64,000 nt of DNA from Carcharhinus amblyrhynchos (Eukaryota), in contig OZ336872.1 in the NCBI GenBank assembly GCA_965287045.1, positions 41,168,001 through 41,232,000 on the forward strand. The letters run 5' to 3'. The stretch's first letter is position 1, and every line of letters starts with the position of its first letter. Positions 26,698 to 39,299 of the stretch are shown piece after piece. Position numbers and translations under genes: made by a program. The notes below the pieces were generated by a model. That model ran no database searches and had not been told where the DNA came from. It was given only the letters and a program-made list of their open reading frames with translations.

Positions 26698-27155
26698 CAT
26701 GTTTGGAGCATGGAATCACTGAAATTATCCTGTAATATGGAGGACCACCTTGTTCATTAACCTTACAAGAAATCGCCTCAAAAACAGAAATTCTTTGTCT
26801 CATCCACAATTTCTATGCTTCAGTTCGCTATTTCTAATGCAGATCACATATACCATGTACATTGGTCACATCTGCAAAGTAAAACTCAAGCCGTTAGCAC
26901 CATGCAAGTTCATGTACATTAGGATGGTGAAGAGTATTTACACATTATTAAAAGGGTCAATCTACGTAAAATACTTCAGAATGGAAGACAAATAGTGTAG
27001 CTTATCACATTGTTCGGACATTGACCTTTCATTTGGAAGATATGCAAGAGCTTACCTCTAACCTAGACTACTAGGATGAAAGGTTTCCCTTTCTGGTTGC
27101 TGCAACGGTCCAAACTAAAAAAGGTTTGGCCGGAATCATAACCCAGTTCCTGTGA

Positions 27156-27237
27156 TAATGAATTTACAACATAATTGCTTAAAAATCTGCATTAAAAGTT
27201 TGGAAAGCTAAATTCACTTCCCAACATTTGAAACAAT
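27156..27237 (+). repeat. ~80-bp direct repeat, copy 1 (copy 2 at 28798-28873)
   Basis: 'taatgaatttacaacataattgcttaaaaatctgcattaa...cacttcccaacatttgaaacaat' recurs with about 40 identical initial bases and small indels. Confidence 0.9.
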
Positions 27238-27663
27238 AGGTAACTATCACAGACTGTGGAGTCTGGATTGAGGATGCATGATGTAGCACATTAGATTTTT
27301 TTTGTATCTGATTGTGATATTATATACCTGCAAATTCATTATGCTAGCATTTGCATCCAGAATGTTGAAAAGTTTTCCACTGCAAGGGTTTCAAGTTTCA
27401 CTGCATCAACTGAATCCATCTCTCACACACTTGCGGTGATATTTGCGCTGGCTTCCTTCACATCTTGCCCAATCATAGACCACTCGCACTTAAATTTTGT
27501 CCTTAGCTCCACCTTTCCACATTAATGGGCTGTGTAACAACCATTTTACTTTTAACGTTGGACACTATCCTTTAAAGCTACATTGTACGAGTATGCATAG
27601 ATGTCTCTTCCAGCTGCTGGATACAATTCGTAAGTGAAATAGAGAAAATAATAATCCTAATAT

Positions 27664-28572
27664 GAACATAAGAACATAAGAAATAGGAGCAGGAGTAGGC
27701 CATCTAGCCCTTCGAGCCTGCCCCGCCATTCAATAAGATCATGGCTGATCTGTCGTGGCTCAGTTCCACATTCCCGCCGTCTCCCCATAACCCTTAATCC
27801 CCTCGCTTATCAAAAACCCATCAACCCGCGTCTTAAAAATATTTAGCGAGGCAGCCTCCACCACTTCAACGGGCAGAGAATTCCAGAGATTCACCACCCT
27901 TTGAGTGAAGAAGTTCCTCCTCAACTCCGTTCTAAACCGCCTCCCCTTTATCTTGAGGCTGTGCCCCCTAGTCCTACTGTCCTTTCTGAGCGGGAAGAGT
28001 CTCTCCACCTCTATCCTATCCATCCCATTCATCATCTTATATGTCTCAATGAGATCTCCCCTCATTCTTCTAAACTCTAACGAGTACAAGCCTAGTTTAT
28101 TCAGCCTCTCCTCATAGCTCAATCCCCTCAACTCCGGCATCAGCCTAGTAAACCTCCTCTGCACTCCCTCCAAGGCCAAAATATCCTTGTGTAAGTGCGG
28201 CGACCAAAACTGCACACAGTACTCCAGCTGCAGCCTCACCAATGCCCTATACAGCCGCAGCAAGACCTCCCTACTTATATATTCAATCCGTCTCGCTATG
28301 AAGGCCAGCATCCCATTAGCCTTCCTGACCACCTGCTGCACCTGCAGGCTGGGTTTTTGCGGCTCATGCACAAGGACCCCAAGGTCCCTCTGCACCGTCG
28401 CCTGCTGCAGATTTTCGCCACGTAAGTAATAGTCCTTCCTACCATTATTCCTACCAAAGTGGACCACCTCGCACTTGCCAACATTAAATTCCATTTGCCA
28501 GTTCCTGGCCCATTCGCCCAGCCTATCTAGATCCTTCTGCAGACTCTCCACGCCCTCCGCGCAATTTGCCGT
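27664..28572 (-). mobile_element. Young 5'-truncated CR1 LINE with intact ORF2 C-terminus
   Basis: Uninterrupted 263-aa ORF 27760..28551- (LQKDLDRLGEWARNWQMEFNVGKC, RDLGV, LEYCVQFWSP, RRMRGDLIETYK, TRGHSLK, FFTQRVVNLWNSLP); CpG-rich; (ttcttatg)n-type tail. Confidence 0.95.
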
Positions 28573-28797
28573 TAGAAATTATCATTTCTGTTTCTGTATG
28601 ACTGATATCAGAAGAGATCACTCCTTTGTGTGTCAATCATTCCCAAAAGCATGGATAACCAAACAAGTCAGCTCCAACTTTACTACAGCAATCTCTTCTT
28701 ACCTTAACAGCATTATTAGGCACCAACACAGATGTGAAGAGTTATGACTTGTTTATGACTCACTAAGGACCTTACTTCCCTTGATTTCAGCCAAGGC

Positions 28798-28873
28798 TAA
28801 TGAATTTACAACATAATTGCTTAAAAATCTGCATTAAGAGTTTTGGAAAGCACTTCCCAACATTTGAAACAAT
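28798..28873 (+). repeat. ~80-bp direct repeat, copy 2
   Basis: Matches 27156-27237. Confidence 0.9.
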
Positions 28874-30119
28874 GGATGAACTCCATAATAGATGGGCATC
28901 CTTGTGAGGGTGGGGAGGGGAAGGAGTAGGAGGAGGTCTTTTAGGTCTGGGCATCCTTGCAGGGCATTTAGCATATGAATCTCAAAGATACTTTATGGAG
29001 CCCTCTTCCTTTGACAGTATATCTTGTCCTGTTGGAGAGTGAGTACTAGATGAAGTCAGCAATGTTTCATTAATAAGTGATTAAGTAGCATATTCATATG
29101 CTTGCTGTTTGCACATCCTTAATTTGTAATTTTACCCTATATCTGTTGATGTTTAATTGGTGCAGCATTGTAATTTGCAGCGGTGTAGTTGACTTTGGTT
29201 GTATCTTTACATATATTGATATTGGAACTGTGAGGTGTTTGATGCATGAAACTAACCACTAGAAATTTGCTAAGAGTTTTAAAGAGTAAATGCATTTTTA
29301 AGAGAGAAATGCACCTGCTCCTGATATACAAAATGATGTTTTAAAAAATAGTGTCAGAGGTGTGAAAGCAATCTCAGAATAGTGCAGAAGCTGTGGTGCA
29401 TTTAGAAGGCTGTGACACAAAAAAGGTTGAAATGTCATTGTGAATTGTGAAATAGGAGCTTAAGTAGCCTTGCAACAGGACATCCTATTCTGTATAGTAT
29501 ATGGAAAATTTAAAAAATATATTTTTGGTTTTCCACTTCCACTTTTAGCTTTGTTATTTAGGATGACCTAATGGATTGATCATAGTGGCGAGTCAAGTGA
29601 TCTTTTCCAGAACTTTGCACAAGTGCTCTCTGTGCCTCCGCATGGTAAGAAGTCTCATAAGAATTTGTCGTGTTTAATCTGTGATGGGATTTGACTGTGG
29701 AATGGAGAGGGAGCTCGGTTAACACCAAGTTTCCAGTGTATTATGTACCCTTTATTGTAATACCAACATTCGCAGAAGTATTAGCAGTTTGTAACATCAT
29801 TGCTGCAGAAGTATTGAGCATAATCTTCAGGGAGCATTAGGAAATTCTGTGTCCAGTATATATTATAGATAGGACCTCTTTCACCCAAAGTTGCGGAGAT
29901 CTCCTATTGTGAGGAGTAAATCTCCATGAGAATGGTGCAAGTACTAGAGAGACTCAAGGTTGGGTGAATCCTCCATGAAGCTGGAGAATTACAACAAATG
30001 CTGAGTGGGCCCCCTTTTTGCAGCGACTGATTTGGCTGAGATTTACTATGAGTATTGACAAATATTAAAGACCTAAATTTTAAAACAAAATTACCATATA
30101 TTTTTGGGCTGATAAGTAG

Positions 30120-31400
30120 CATTTGTGCCATACAAAGTGCCAACAAAGACCATCTCCAACAAGAGACAATCTAACCATCTCTGCTAGACATTCAATGGCA
30201 TTACTGTTACTGAAACCCCCCAGGGGGTTACCGTTGATCAGAACCTGAACTGGACTAGCTGTATAAGTACTATGGCGACAAGATCGGGTTGAAGACTGGG
30301 AATTCTGTAGTGACTAACTCACCTCCTGACTCGGTAAAGATTGTCCACCCTAAGTCAGGAGTATAATGAAATATTTTCCATTTGCTTGGATGAGTGAAGC
30401 TCCAACAATGCTGGAGAAACTTAAAAGCATCCAGAACAAAGCAGCCCATTTGATTTACACCCGTTCCATCACCTTCAACATTCACTCTCTCTATCACCTA
30501 TGCACAATGGTAGCAGCGCATACTAATTACTAGATGCATTTCAACAACTCACAAACCCTCTTTGAATGAAGTGTGCAGGAAGGCATGCCAGGAACTGACC
30601 AGGAATAGCTAAAAATGAGGAATCAACCTGGCGAAGCCACAATACAGGACTACTTGCTTGACAAACAAACTATATCTTGACAAATAGATAGTGATTTTTG
30701 ATCACTATCTATCAAAAGTGATAGAAAAGCTAAGCTATCCCACAATCAATGCATCAGCAAGTTTAAGCTCTGCCATCGTGAATGGTGGTGAACAATTAAA
30801 CAGCTAACTGGAGGAGAAGGCTGGACAAATTTCCCATCCTCAAATGAAAGGAGCGCATCAGTGCAAAAGGCAATTCTGAAACATTTGCAACGATCATAAG
30901 CCGGGAGTGCTGAGTGGATGATCCACCTCGGCCTCTTCTGGGTGTCTCCAACGTTATGGATGCCTGTCTTCAGCCAATTCCATCCATACCATGCGAAATC
31001 AGGAAATGACAGAAGGCACTGAATACTGCAAAGTCTATGGGTGCTGACGGTACTCCAGTAATAGTACAGAAGCCTTGTGCTCCAGAACTTGCCACGCTCT
31101 TAGCCAAGCTGTTTCAGTGTAGCTACAACACTGCCATCACTCAAACAATGTGAACAATCACCCAGATATGTCCTATACAAAAAAAGCAGGAAAAATCCAA
31201 CCCAATCAATTAACACCCCATCAGTTATCTATGATTATTAGAAAAAGGATGAAAAGGGTCATCAACAGTGCTATCAAGTGGCATTAACTCAGCAATAATC
31301 TGTTCACTGACGTTCTCTTTCACTTCCGTCAAACCCACTCAGCCCATGACCTCATTGCAGCCTAACCAGCGATGCTCTCATCCTGTGAAAGAATGAATAA
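30120..31400 (+). mobile_element. CR1-superfamily (Zenon/Crack-like) LINE pieces in permuted order
   Basis: 30120-30560 matches the ORF2 C-terminus (as at 12700-12960). 30570-31365 carries the more N-terminal RT-start motifs (K.MG.DG.P, CAPELA.LLAKLFQ, P.QKK..KSNP.N..PIS). The 3' tail is at 31365-31400. Confidence 0.75.
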
Positions 31401-34149
31401 AGGTCAATCGAAATAAAGAAGGAGCTGCAAAGAAATGGAAGAAAATATTGAATTAAGAGAGAAAAAAGAAACTGAAAGGAAAAGTACAAATAACATTTTA
31501 AATTTCATATTTTTTACTTCTGTAACAACATGCAGGAATGAGATTGAGCACTTTAAATTGGTCTTATTCTTGACACTAACATGATATTGTGCCACAATCA
31601 TTCTAAAACAAAGCATCATGTGACTTAATTTGCGCAACACTTTGTTGGATCTGTCTGTATGTTTAAATTTACTAAAATACTGCACGTGGAACTAAATTTT
31701 CCAGTATTACAATTCCTTTTCATGCCTGTGCTAGTTTACTGAATGCCAGTTCCTGACATTCACATGTTTGTGCATTCTGCTGCTTCTGCCATGCTAATTT
31801 ATTCAAGTTACTTTAACATACCTCCATTCTAGACTCAATTTAGTAGGATAGACAGAATTACCATGTGGCCTGGGACTGACTGGCTTGAAAGCATTTAAAT
31901 TGGTTACTAGGTAATAAATGATGTTGGTTGTTTCATAGCCATGCAATTATAATTCACCATTAAACAATAGATTCAGGAAACAGGTCAGGACAGTTCAGGA
32001 TATAAATTCCAGCGTTTGTGCTTTGACTTGCGGAGGTGCACATGAATACAGCAAATTAATAGGCCTGAGCCATGGTACACATTTGTTCCTGTATTTTTAG
32101 TTATGTCCTGTTTTTGACAATACATTGAAGGAATACTAAGCAGGATATCATAATTAGTGCTTGCACAATGTAAAATATAAGATTATGTTTCTTCCACAAA
32201 CAAAGCACAATTTAGAAGACTTATATTGCAGTTTCATTTTCAGTGTGAATTATGATAGCTTGATTGCATTTGCCCACATCTTTTGCACAATACGTTTCTC
32301 AGAGCAATGTTTCTTCCGTTTCTAGTTCTACTATAATGATCCAAAATATTATTACCATGTCTAAAAGGCCACCAATGGTTGAACTGGTGTTCCAAGATAA
32401 TCATGGGTGCACAGCAAATGTGACTTTTCTATTTATTAAAATGAATTTAGAGAAAATAACCAGCCATGCTTCCATGTAAGTATTGCTCACTGCCAAGGTC
32501 TGGGAATTGGCCCTAATATGTTTATATGCTACTCAAATGTTCCATTTCCACAAAACTGGATTATGTTTAGTGAATTCTTCTTGCTGGCTACCTTAGTCTT
32601 TCTGTAATGTCCACGCAATGTAAAGTTCACTTGTTTTAGATTTGGAAAACTTAATTGTCATAATAATGAGTAGGGAATGAAGATGTGCCACAATTTATTC
32701 AGTGAGAAGACTCTTGAAATGTATTTTGCATTCGAAAAACAGTCATCATGTCTTAAGAAACTGGGAGCATGATCAGAGATTTTGCTTGCAGGATTCAAGT
32801 GATTGTATATTGTTGCAATTTCACTTTCATGGTTTATGACCCTGGGCTCTGTTGCATGTGACACATATCCAGTCATCATTTTGTGGGAAAAGGAGGGGAT
32901 CACCTTCTAGTTAACACAGCCCATCTGTTACATTTATAAATGCTTTCTTTAAGTTTCCCACATGTAAGAGATAGCTCGCACAGTAAAATACTTAATCTGT
33001 GATTAAAACTCTTAAGTGTTCTTTTAAAAATAGCTAGAATTTGAACTACCCAGACTTTTGGGTTTTTAAAATGGGAGTAAGATAGAATATGATATTTTTC
33101 CCCCTCTTTTTCATGTGAAAGATTTCCGCTTTTTTGTACCTGTATCTGAATCACTTTGCAGGTTATCATGATCATGTTTGATAGAAAGTAAAGCTCTCTT
33201 GCCTATTATTTGCCATAGCTTTAATCTCTGAAAAGTATCCCCACAGCCATCATTCTGTGGTCTTCCTAAACTAAGGTTTTCAAATTAATGCCAATTAGAG
33301 ATGGATGAAGGCAGATTTGCCTCTCGTGTCTTTACTCAATATAAACTAGCAAGGACTGCACATGTTCACTTTATATAAATACTTCTATTATTTAATAGAA
33401 GTTGATTTTAATTCCATGAATTATTTTTGAAGGAATGTTCTCACTTATTTCTCAAGATCGGCACAAAAATGGAGCATTTTCCAGATTTTGAAATTAAAGA
33501 TCTGACCTCAGAAAGTTGCTTTCTCAAATTTTCAAGGATCACAAATACAAACTAATTAAAATATCAAATATATTATGTTAATTACAGAGGTTGTTCCTCA
33601 CTTAAAGCCACTGGTTCATGCCAAGTAATATTCTAATGCAGAATCAATGTTGTAAATGATTAATAATATACCATTTTACTATATAGTAAGTTAAATTAAC
33701 AAAACATTAATTTTTGCCTGTTAGGGTCAAAAGAAGTACAGCAATTAATATTTGTGCATCAATAGCCCATTATACTCAGCATTTAAAATGCTATATTGTA
33801 TGTACTGTTAACAAAGATGTGTTACACCATTGCATGGACAAAGCTATCTTGTTGCATGTATCTATAGCCATACTCAAGCTGAACAGCTTAAATAGCTAAA
33901 CCTTGAAGCAGAAGATCATTGCCAGTGATGATGACCTCTAATCCAATACCTCTGAACTTTCTGCTTCAAGTTGCACTATGATCATGTTGCAATCTTAAAT
34001 ATTGTTTTCTCTAAATGCATGCTAAACTGAGAAATCGAGATGTATTATCATCCAGAAATTCTAAATGTTATGCAATTAATGTCTCCCAAGCAAAAGAATG
34101 GCTTGATTTGTCAAGAAAATCCCAGTCCATTGCTGTTATACTCTTTAAG

Positions 34150-34600
34150 AATACAAAAAATAGGAGCAAGAGTTGGCCATTCAGCCCATTGAACCCGCTC
34201 CATCATTCAGTGAGATCATGGCTGATCTACTTTCAACACTGTTTTCCTGCACAATCCCCTTATCCTTCATTTTTAATATGTAGAAACCCAGTGATCTTAG
34301 TCTTGAACTCAATGACTAAACCTTCACAGACCTCTGGAGCAGAGAGTTGCAAAGATGAATCATCTCAATGATGAAATTCCTTCTCATTCCAGTCCTCAGT
34401 GCTCTGCTGTTTATTCTCACTTGCATCCCAAGTTTCTAAACCTTCCGGCCAGAGGAAAAGTCCTTTCTGTATCTACTCTGTTGATCTCTGTAAAAATTTT
34501 GTATCTTTGAATGAGATCACTTCTCATTCTTCAGGCCCAGTCTATTTAATCTTTCCTCATAGGACAATCCCTCTATCCCAGGAGTTATTTGGTGAACCTT
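34150..34600 (-). mobile_element. CR1 LINE 3' part
   Basis: 'aaataggagcaagagttggccattcagccc...gagatcatggctgatct' and 'aatgagatcacttctcattctt'. Confidence 0.8.
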
Positions 34601-35345
34601 CAGAAGATGAATCAGCATGGTCAGAGGAGACATACCTCTGCAGTTTCGATCTCTCTCTGTCTTTCATTTCCATTTGTATTTTCCTTCCTCTCCTAAGAAT
34701 GGTATAAGCAGTTTTTTATTGTTCTATTTATTCACAAAGCAGGAAAATTTCATTGACCTTTGGTTTGAAAAAAAATCTCCGTTTTCAACAGACACCATTA
34801 ACAATCGCCTAGAAATTCTGTTGGGTGTAAATTCAGCATATGATTGGGGCAAATAACATTTTGGCAACAAATTGTGGCAGAAACCATTGATTTTGATTTT
34901 TCTTCCTTGTTATCAGTCTCCCCATTTCTCTTTGAGTGAGCAAATTTATCAGTATTATAAGGACCAGTGGTACTGCAGCTCCCAAGTTCCCTGCTTCCAT
35001 GCTTCTGGGGCATTTGGGGTAATTTAGATGTAGAGTGGTGAGACGTAAGCTGAAATATTCACAATTGGAACACACAATTCTGGATAGAGAATTCACAAGG
35101 GGCAAAATCACAATCAACCACAGGCATGGAAGAACCATTTAAGATTAGGTGGAGGAAGAGAGAGCTGTGTTGAGTGATCTTCAGGCAAAACTATTGGTAT
35201 CTCAATCTGACAGCAGAGCACTTCACTGAAGAGGCTGTAATAAGCTCTGCTGTTTGCTGCAGCATCATCTGCAGCCCCATTCCAGAATGTAGTCAACCCC
35301 ATCTGCAGTTCATTTTCTGGAATGAGTGGGATGTCTTGGTCAAGC

Positions 35346-35530
35346 TGGGAGGGATTTTCTGACCCTTCCCACCAGCAGGATCTTCTAGTCGTACTGAAGG
35401 TGATCTCTGGTGATGGGGTGGGTGAACCATGAGAAATGCCATAGTTTTAGCGGGACCAGACACCGCTGCAGCCCAATGGAAAGTAACCTCTACCGCCAGA
35501 AACACACAACAAAGGAGCCAGAAAATGCTG
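35346..35530. mobile_element. Harbinger-like MITE
   Basis: 'gggattttctgacc...gccagaaaatgctg' termini; internal similarity to 21605-21795. Confidence 0.5.
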
Positions 35531-35534
35531 TTAA

Positions 35535-35935
35535 CTGTCCACTGGGTTTATAGAAAAACAAAGGGTGAATTGATTGAAGGACGTAAGATCCTGAATGGTA
35601 TTGACAAGGTGGATATGGAAAGAATTTTCCTTCTTGTGCTTTAGTCCAGAACTAGGGGACACTGTTCCAAAATTAGAGGTCACCCTTTTAGGACAGAGAT
35701 GAGTAGAATTTTTTTCTGAAGGTTGCGTGACTTTGGACCTCTCTGCCCCAAAAGACAATGGAAGCAGGGTCATTGGATATTTTTAAGCCAAGATAGATTC
35801 TTGTTAGACAATGGAATCAAAGATCAGATGGGGAATGTGGAATTCCAAACACAAATAGATCAGCCATGATCTTATTGAATGCCAAAGCAGGCTGGAGGGA
35901 CCAAATGGCTCACTGCTGCTCTTATATAGTATTTT
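35535..35935 (+). mobile_element. CR1 LINE 3' part
   Basis: 'GELIE..KILNGIDKVDMERIF', 'RTRGH' and the CR1 UTR 'agatcagccatgatcttattgaatg'. Confidence 0.85.
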
Positions 35936-36311
35936 CATATGCAAGGAAATCATTGCCGTAAATTTCTATGTCAGAGGCTCACTCCAGGTTGCAACAAGTG
36001 ACATCAGCAACAAAGGTAAATGAGATGCTCTCCCCAGATAAAGATGGAAAAGATTTATTCATGGAGAACAATTGTATCATCTTGATGAACTAAGCAAAGT
36101 GAGACAAGTGAGGAAAGACTTTGTATACATTGCAAAGACTGAAAGCGGCAATTGACCATCCTTTCCACTGATCTACATGCTTCCCATTAGCAGCCTTACA
36201 TACCAGTGCCTCAAATGTAATTTGTTTACACCCACAGGCAATGAACTTTGTAGGTATGTTCACTGGTCTCCTGTCAGTCTCTATAATAGTTGTGATATGG
36301 AGAACTCCCAT

Positions 36312-36403
36312 CCACCTGACGAGGGAACAGCCATTTCCAAAAGCTAGTGGTGTTTGCTACAAATAAACCTGTTGGACTTTAACCTGGTGTCGTGAGACTT
36401 CTT
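36312..36403 (+). mobile_element. Penelope-derived terminal repeat containing a minimal hammerhead ribozyme motif (core G mutated)
   Basis: CCAC-CTGACGA-GGGAA..TTTCC-AAA-AGCT-A-GTGG followed by 'aaataaacctgttggactttaacctggtgt'; sister copy at 43518. Confidence 0.65.
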
Positions 36404-37838
36404 GCAGCCTCTGTGATGACAAGAGATATTCCCAGCAGATGCATTTTACGATTCCTGTCAGACATTTAAGCATAAATGCAGAGCTGACTTACAATGAAAC
36501 CCAGAAATCTTATATTGGGCCATTGGTTTGCTCAACCAACAGTATACTGAATAAAAATAAATCTAGATTTGGTATTCGTTGCTAATATTTTTAGTAAGTA
36601 ACATGAAGGCAACATTTGTGAGGTTCTATTGTGTTTGGATTTTCTGATTGCAGTAGAGAGGACTATAGAGATATATTTGATTGGGGAGGGGAGATTGGAT
36701 CAGGGGAAGCATTCTTTTACACAGTTCTTTTCTTCCTCCTATATTTTCATTACTATGGCTATGACATCCCTTCCAACTCCCTTGCCAGCTCTGCTCCTCT
36801 GATGGCAACAGGATGTGAAGACAACCTTGTCCTCCTCCAGTTGGTGCTTAGTCTGTCATGATATGTGTACTACTATTTCACAAGGAAGAGTGATAGACTT
36901 GGTACAATGATGTGGATGTTGTAAGGCATAGAAAGTGTGACTAGGAGATGCCAAATGTATGAATTGCAGCAATAAAGGTGCAATAAAGTGTGATTAAATG
37001 ATTATAGGAAGTGGAGGTGAGAGGGGAGGATTGTTGGTGGAGCCTAATTGAGCTGAGAACTTGCCAATTGTAAGTTTGTTGATCTTGTTTCAGCTTTGCA
37101 GCTGAGCGAAACATCTGATATTGACTGTCTAAGCCATCCCTTTGCACTGTGAATGCATTTGTTGCCTGGAGGGCTTTCTCTTTCTCTCTGTCTCAAGGGA
37201 GCAGGTCTTCCTGATCCTGCCGGCTTCCTGATGGTGCTCCGTTCAAGAATTGGATGGCTGGAGGTAGACATTCTCTGCAACTGCTCCAGCCAGGTCACTA
37301 AGGTTCAAACATTTCTTCCTGCAGTGATAGTGCACCACCCCTGCAAGAAGTATTGACTGCCACAAGTAGCTTTTGTGTCACCCCATTAACCTCCATCACA
37401 CCCTCTGCCAAGACATGTATAACAGCACAATGTTGGCTGCACTAAGACTGTGTCAGTATAATGGATTCTAGTATGATGAATTCTACAAAAGATTCTCTCA
37501 GCATGTTTTCACTCCTAAAATCAGAATAATGTCCCACAGACATGCACATTGAATATCCTTATATTCTGAATATTTTATGAGAGGATTGTCATCATGTGGT
37601 ATTTGAAACCCGGCTGATCAGAAATATGTCTGAAAAGGTTTATTGAAGTAATCTTCTAACACATTGATATCACATGCTTAAATCTTTATGACCTTTAGCA
37701 TTAAACTTTATATAAAGATAGTAAAAGGCAGCTATTTATGCTGCCTTCTAAAATTGATCTGAATATCAACTGAAACAGTTAAACTTTTCTTTTGTGGCGA
37801 CATTTTGTTTTGTTGTTTGAATTTGGGTGTTACAATAG

Positions 37839-38956
37839 TGTTAGGGATTAGATCAAAAACTCCAAGGCATATTACAAAGTTAGCCTTGACCTAGCTTTTA
37901 CTTTTGATTTTGGCATTAGGGAGAGCATAAGGTGTTTTGCTCCAAGTATGATTCAATTCATAGAACAGAACTGTTGAATCCCTACAGTGCAAAAGGAGGC
38001 TATTTGGCCTATCAAGTCTGCATTAACAACAATCCCACCCAGGCCCTATCCCCATAACACCAAGCATTTACCCTGCTAGTTCCCCTGATACTAACGGGCA
38101 ATTTAGCATGCTCAATCAACCTGTGGGAGGAAACCAGAGGAAACCCCCGCAGACATGGGGAGAATATACAAACTCCACAGTCGCCAAAGGCTGGAATTGA
38201 ACCTGGGTCCCTGTTGCTGTGTGGCAGTAGTGCTAACCACTGTGCTGTCATACTGCCATTTACCCATTCAGCAGCTTTTATCAAAACAAACTTTATTTAA
38301 GAACACAGTTAGAATATAATAAAAATAATTAGCATAATTTTACCAATTAGCATACAAAGTATGGCTTTTAATAGTTATCTATCTCTATTCTTCCAATTTC
38401 GTATCCTCCATTGATGTAAACCCTTACTTCAGAACCAATTTAAGACCAAAAGCATTTCTGCTTACGTGGAGGTTCGATTTCCAGGCTTTGAAACCTCTGG
38501 ACGGAGATCCAGACAGACACCTCGTACAGCAGACTCTCAGAGAAAGATATATCCTCAAGCTACAGAACTTCAGAAAAACAAATCTAGTCTCTGACAGATT
38601 TCAGATTTCAGACTTCAGAGATCAAGAGGTTTTTTTTCTACAGCTCCCCAAAATGCAACTAAGCTTGAGTTCTCTGCATAGGCCTAGCTCCACCCAGTCA
38701 CCTGACATTACTTTCAATGAACCCAATCAAGTACAACTCCAGAAAACCGCAGGGGAATTCACTAAAATCAGCATGCCAGCATTAGTTCAGATTAAAACAA
38801 ATACTCTAGCAAGTAGGAGCAATTATGCTGCTGCAGTAACAATAGAGGGTCCCGTTTATAGACCCAGTGGCACCGGTTAGAACAGACAGTTGAAGAAACA
38901 ATCCTGCACAAGGTACATCACTCAAATACATTGCGTAAAGGCACATTACCATCACA
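37839..38956. mobile_element. Probable solo LTR interrupted by a SINE
   Basis: TG...CA bounded ~1.1-kb block with reverse poly(A) signal 'tttatt' and a layout similar to 57656-58685; no clear TSD. Confidence 0.4.
37958..38258 (-). mobile_element. HE1-type SINE
   Basis: 'gaatccctacagtgcaaaaggaggc...ggaattgaacctgggtccctgttgctgtgtggcagtagtgctaaccactgtgc'. Confidence 0.85.
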
Positions 38957-39299
38957 GTTAGAAAGTTGGAATTTGGGAAGCTTGCCAGATTGTTGTATAC
39001 AGGAAAATGTTGGGTTGAACGTTCTGAGGAAGGGCAGTCACCTGTCAGTTTGCTGCTCCAGTCCTATTTTAATACTATGTTGGAGCTTCGCAGTTCTAGG
39101 ACAAAGTGGGCCACTTCAGAAATGCCTCTTCCAGAATCTGTTCTGGGATTCCTTCCTCATAGGAAAGGATGTTGGAGGAAACCAAGCCATGCACCCTTTT
39201 GAACACACTAGCGGTGGTATTTTGGTTCGTCTTCATTCAATTGGCAATGAGAAACCTTGAGGTTTCAATTTAAATAGCTTTTCATTGTGTTAGTGGATG

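Noticed and set aside
29550-29650. Exon-like segment with AG acceptor and ATG|GTAAGA donor
   Set aside because: All three frames from the acceptor hit early stops, and the peptide matches no MITF exon I know.
33111-33118. TCATGTGA M-box/E-box motifs (also ~3946, ~18831, ~40197) suggesting MITF autoregulation
   Set aside because: A few such 8-mers are expected by chance in 64 kb of AT-rich DNA, and some lie in repeats.
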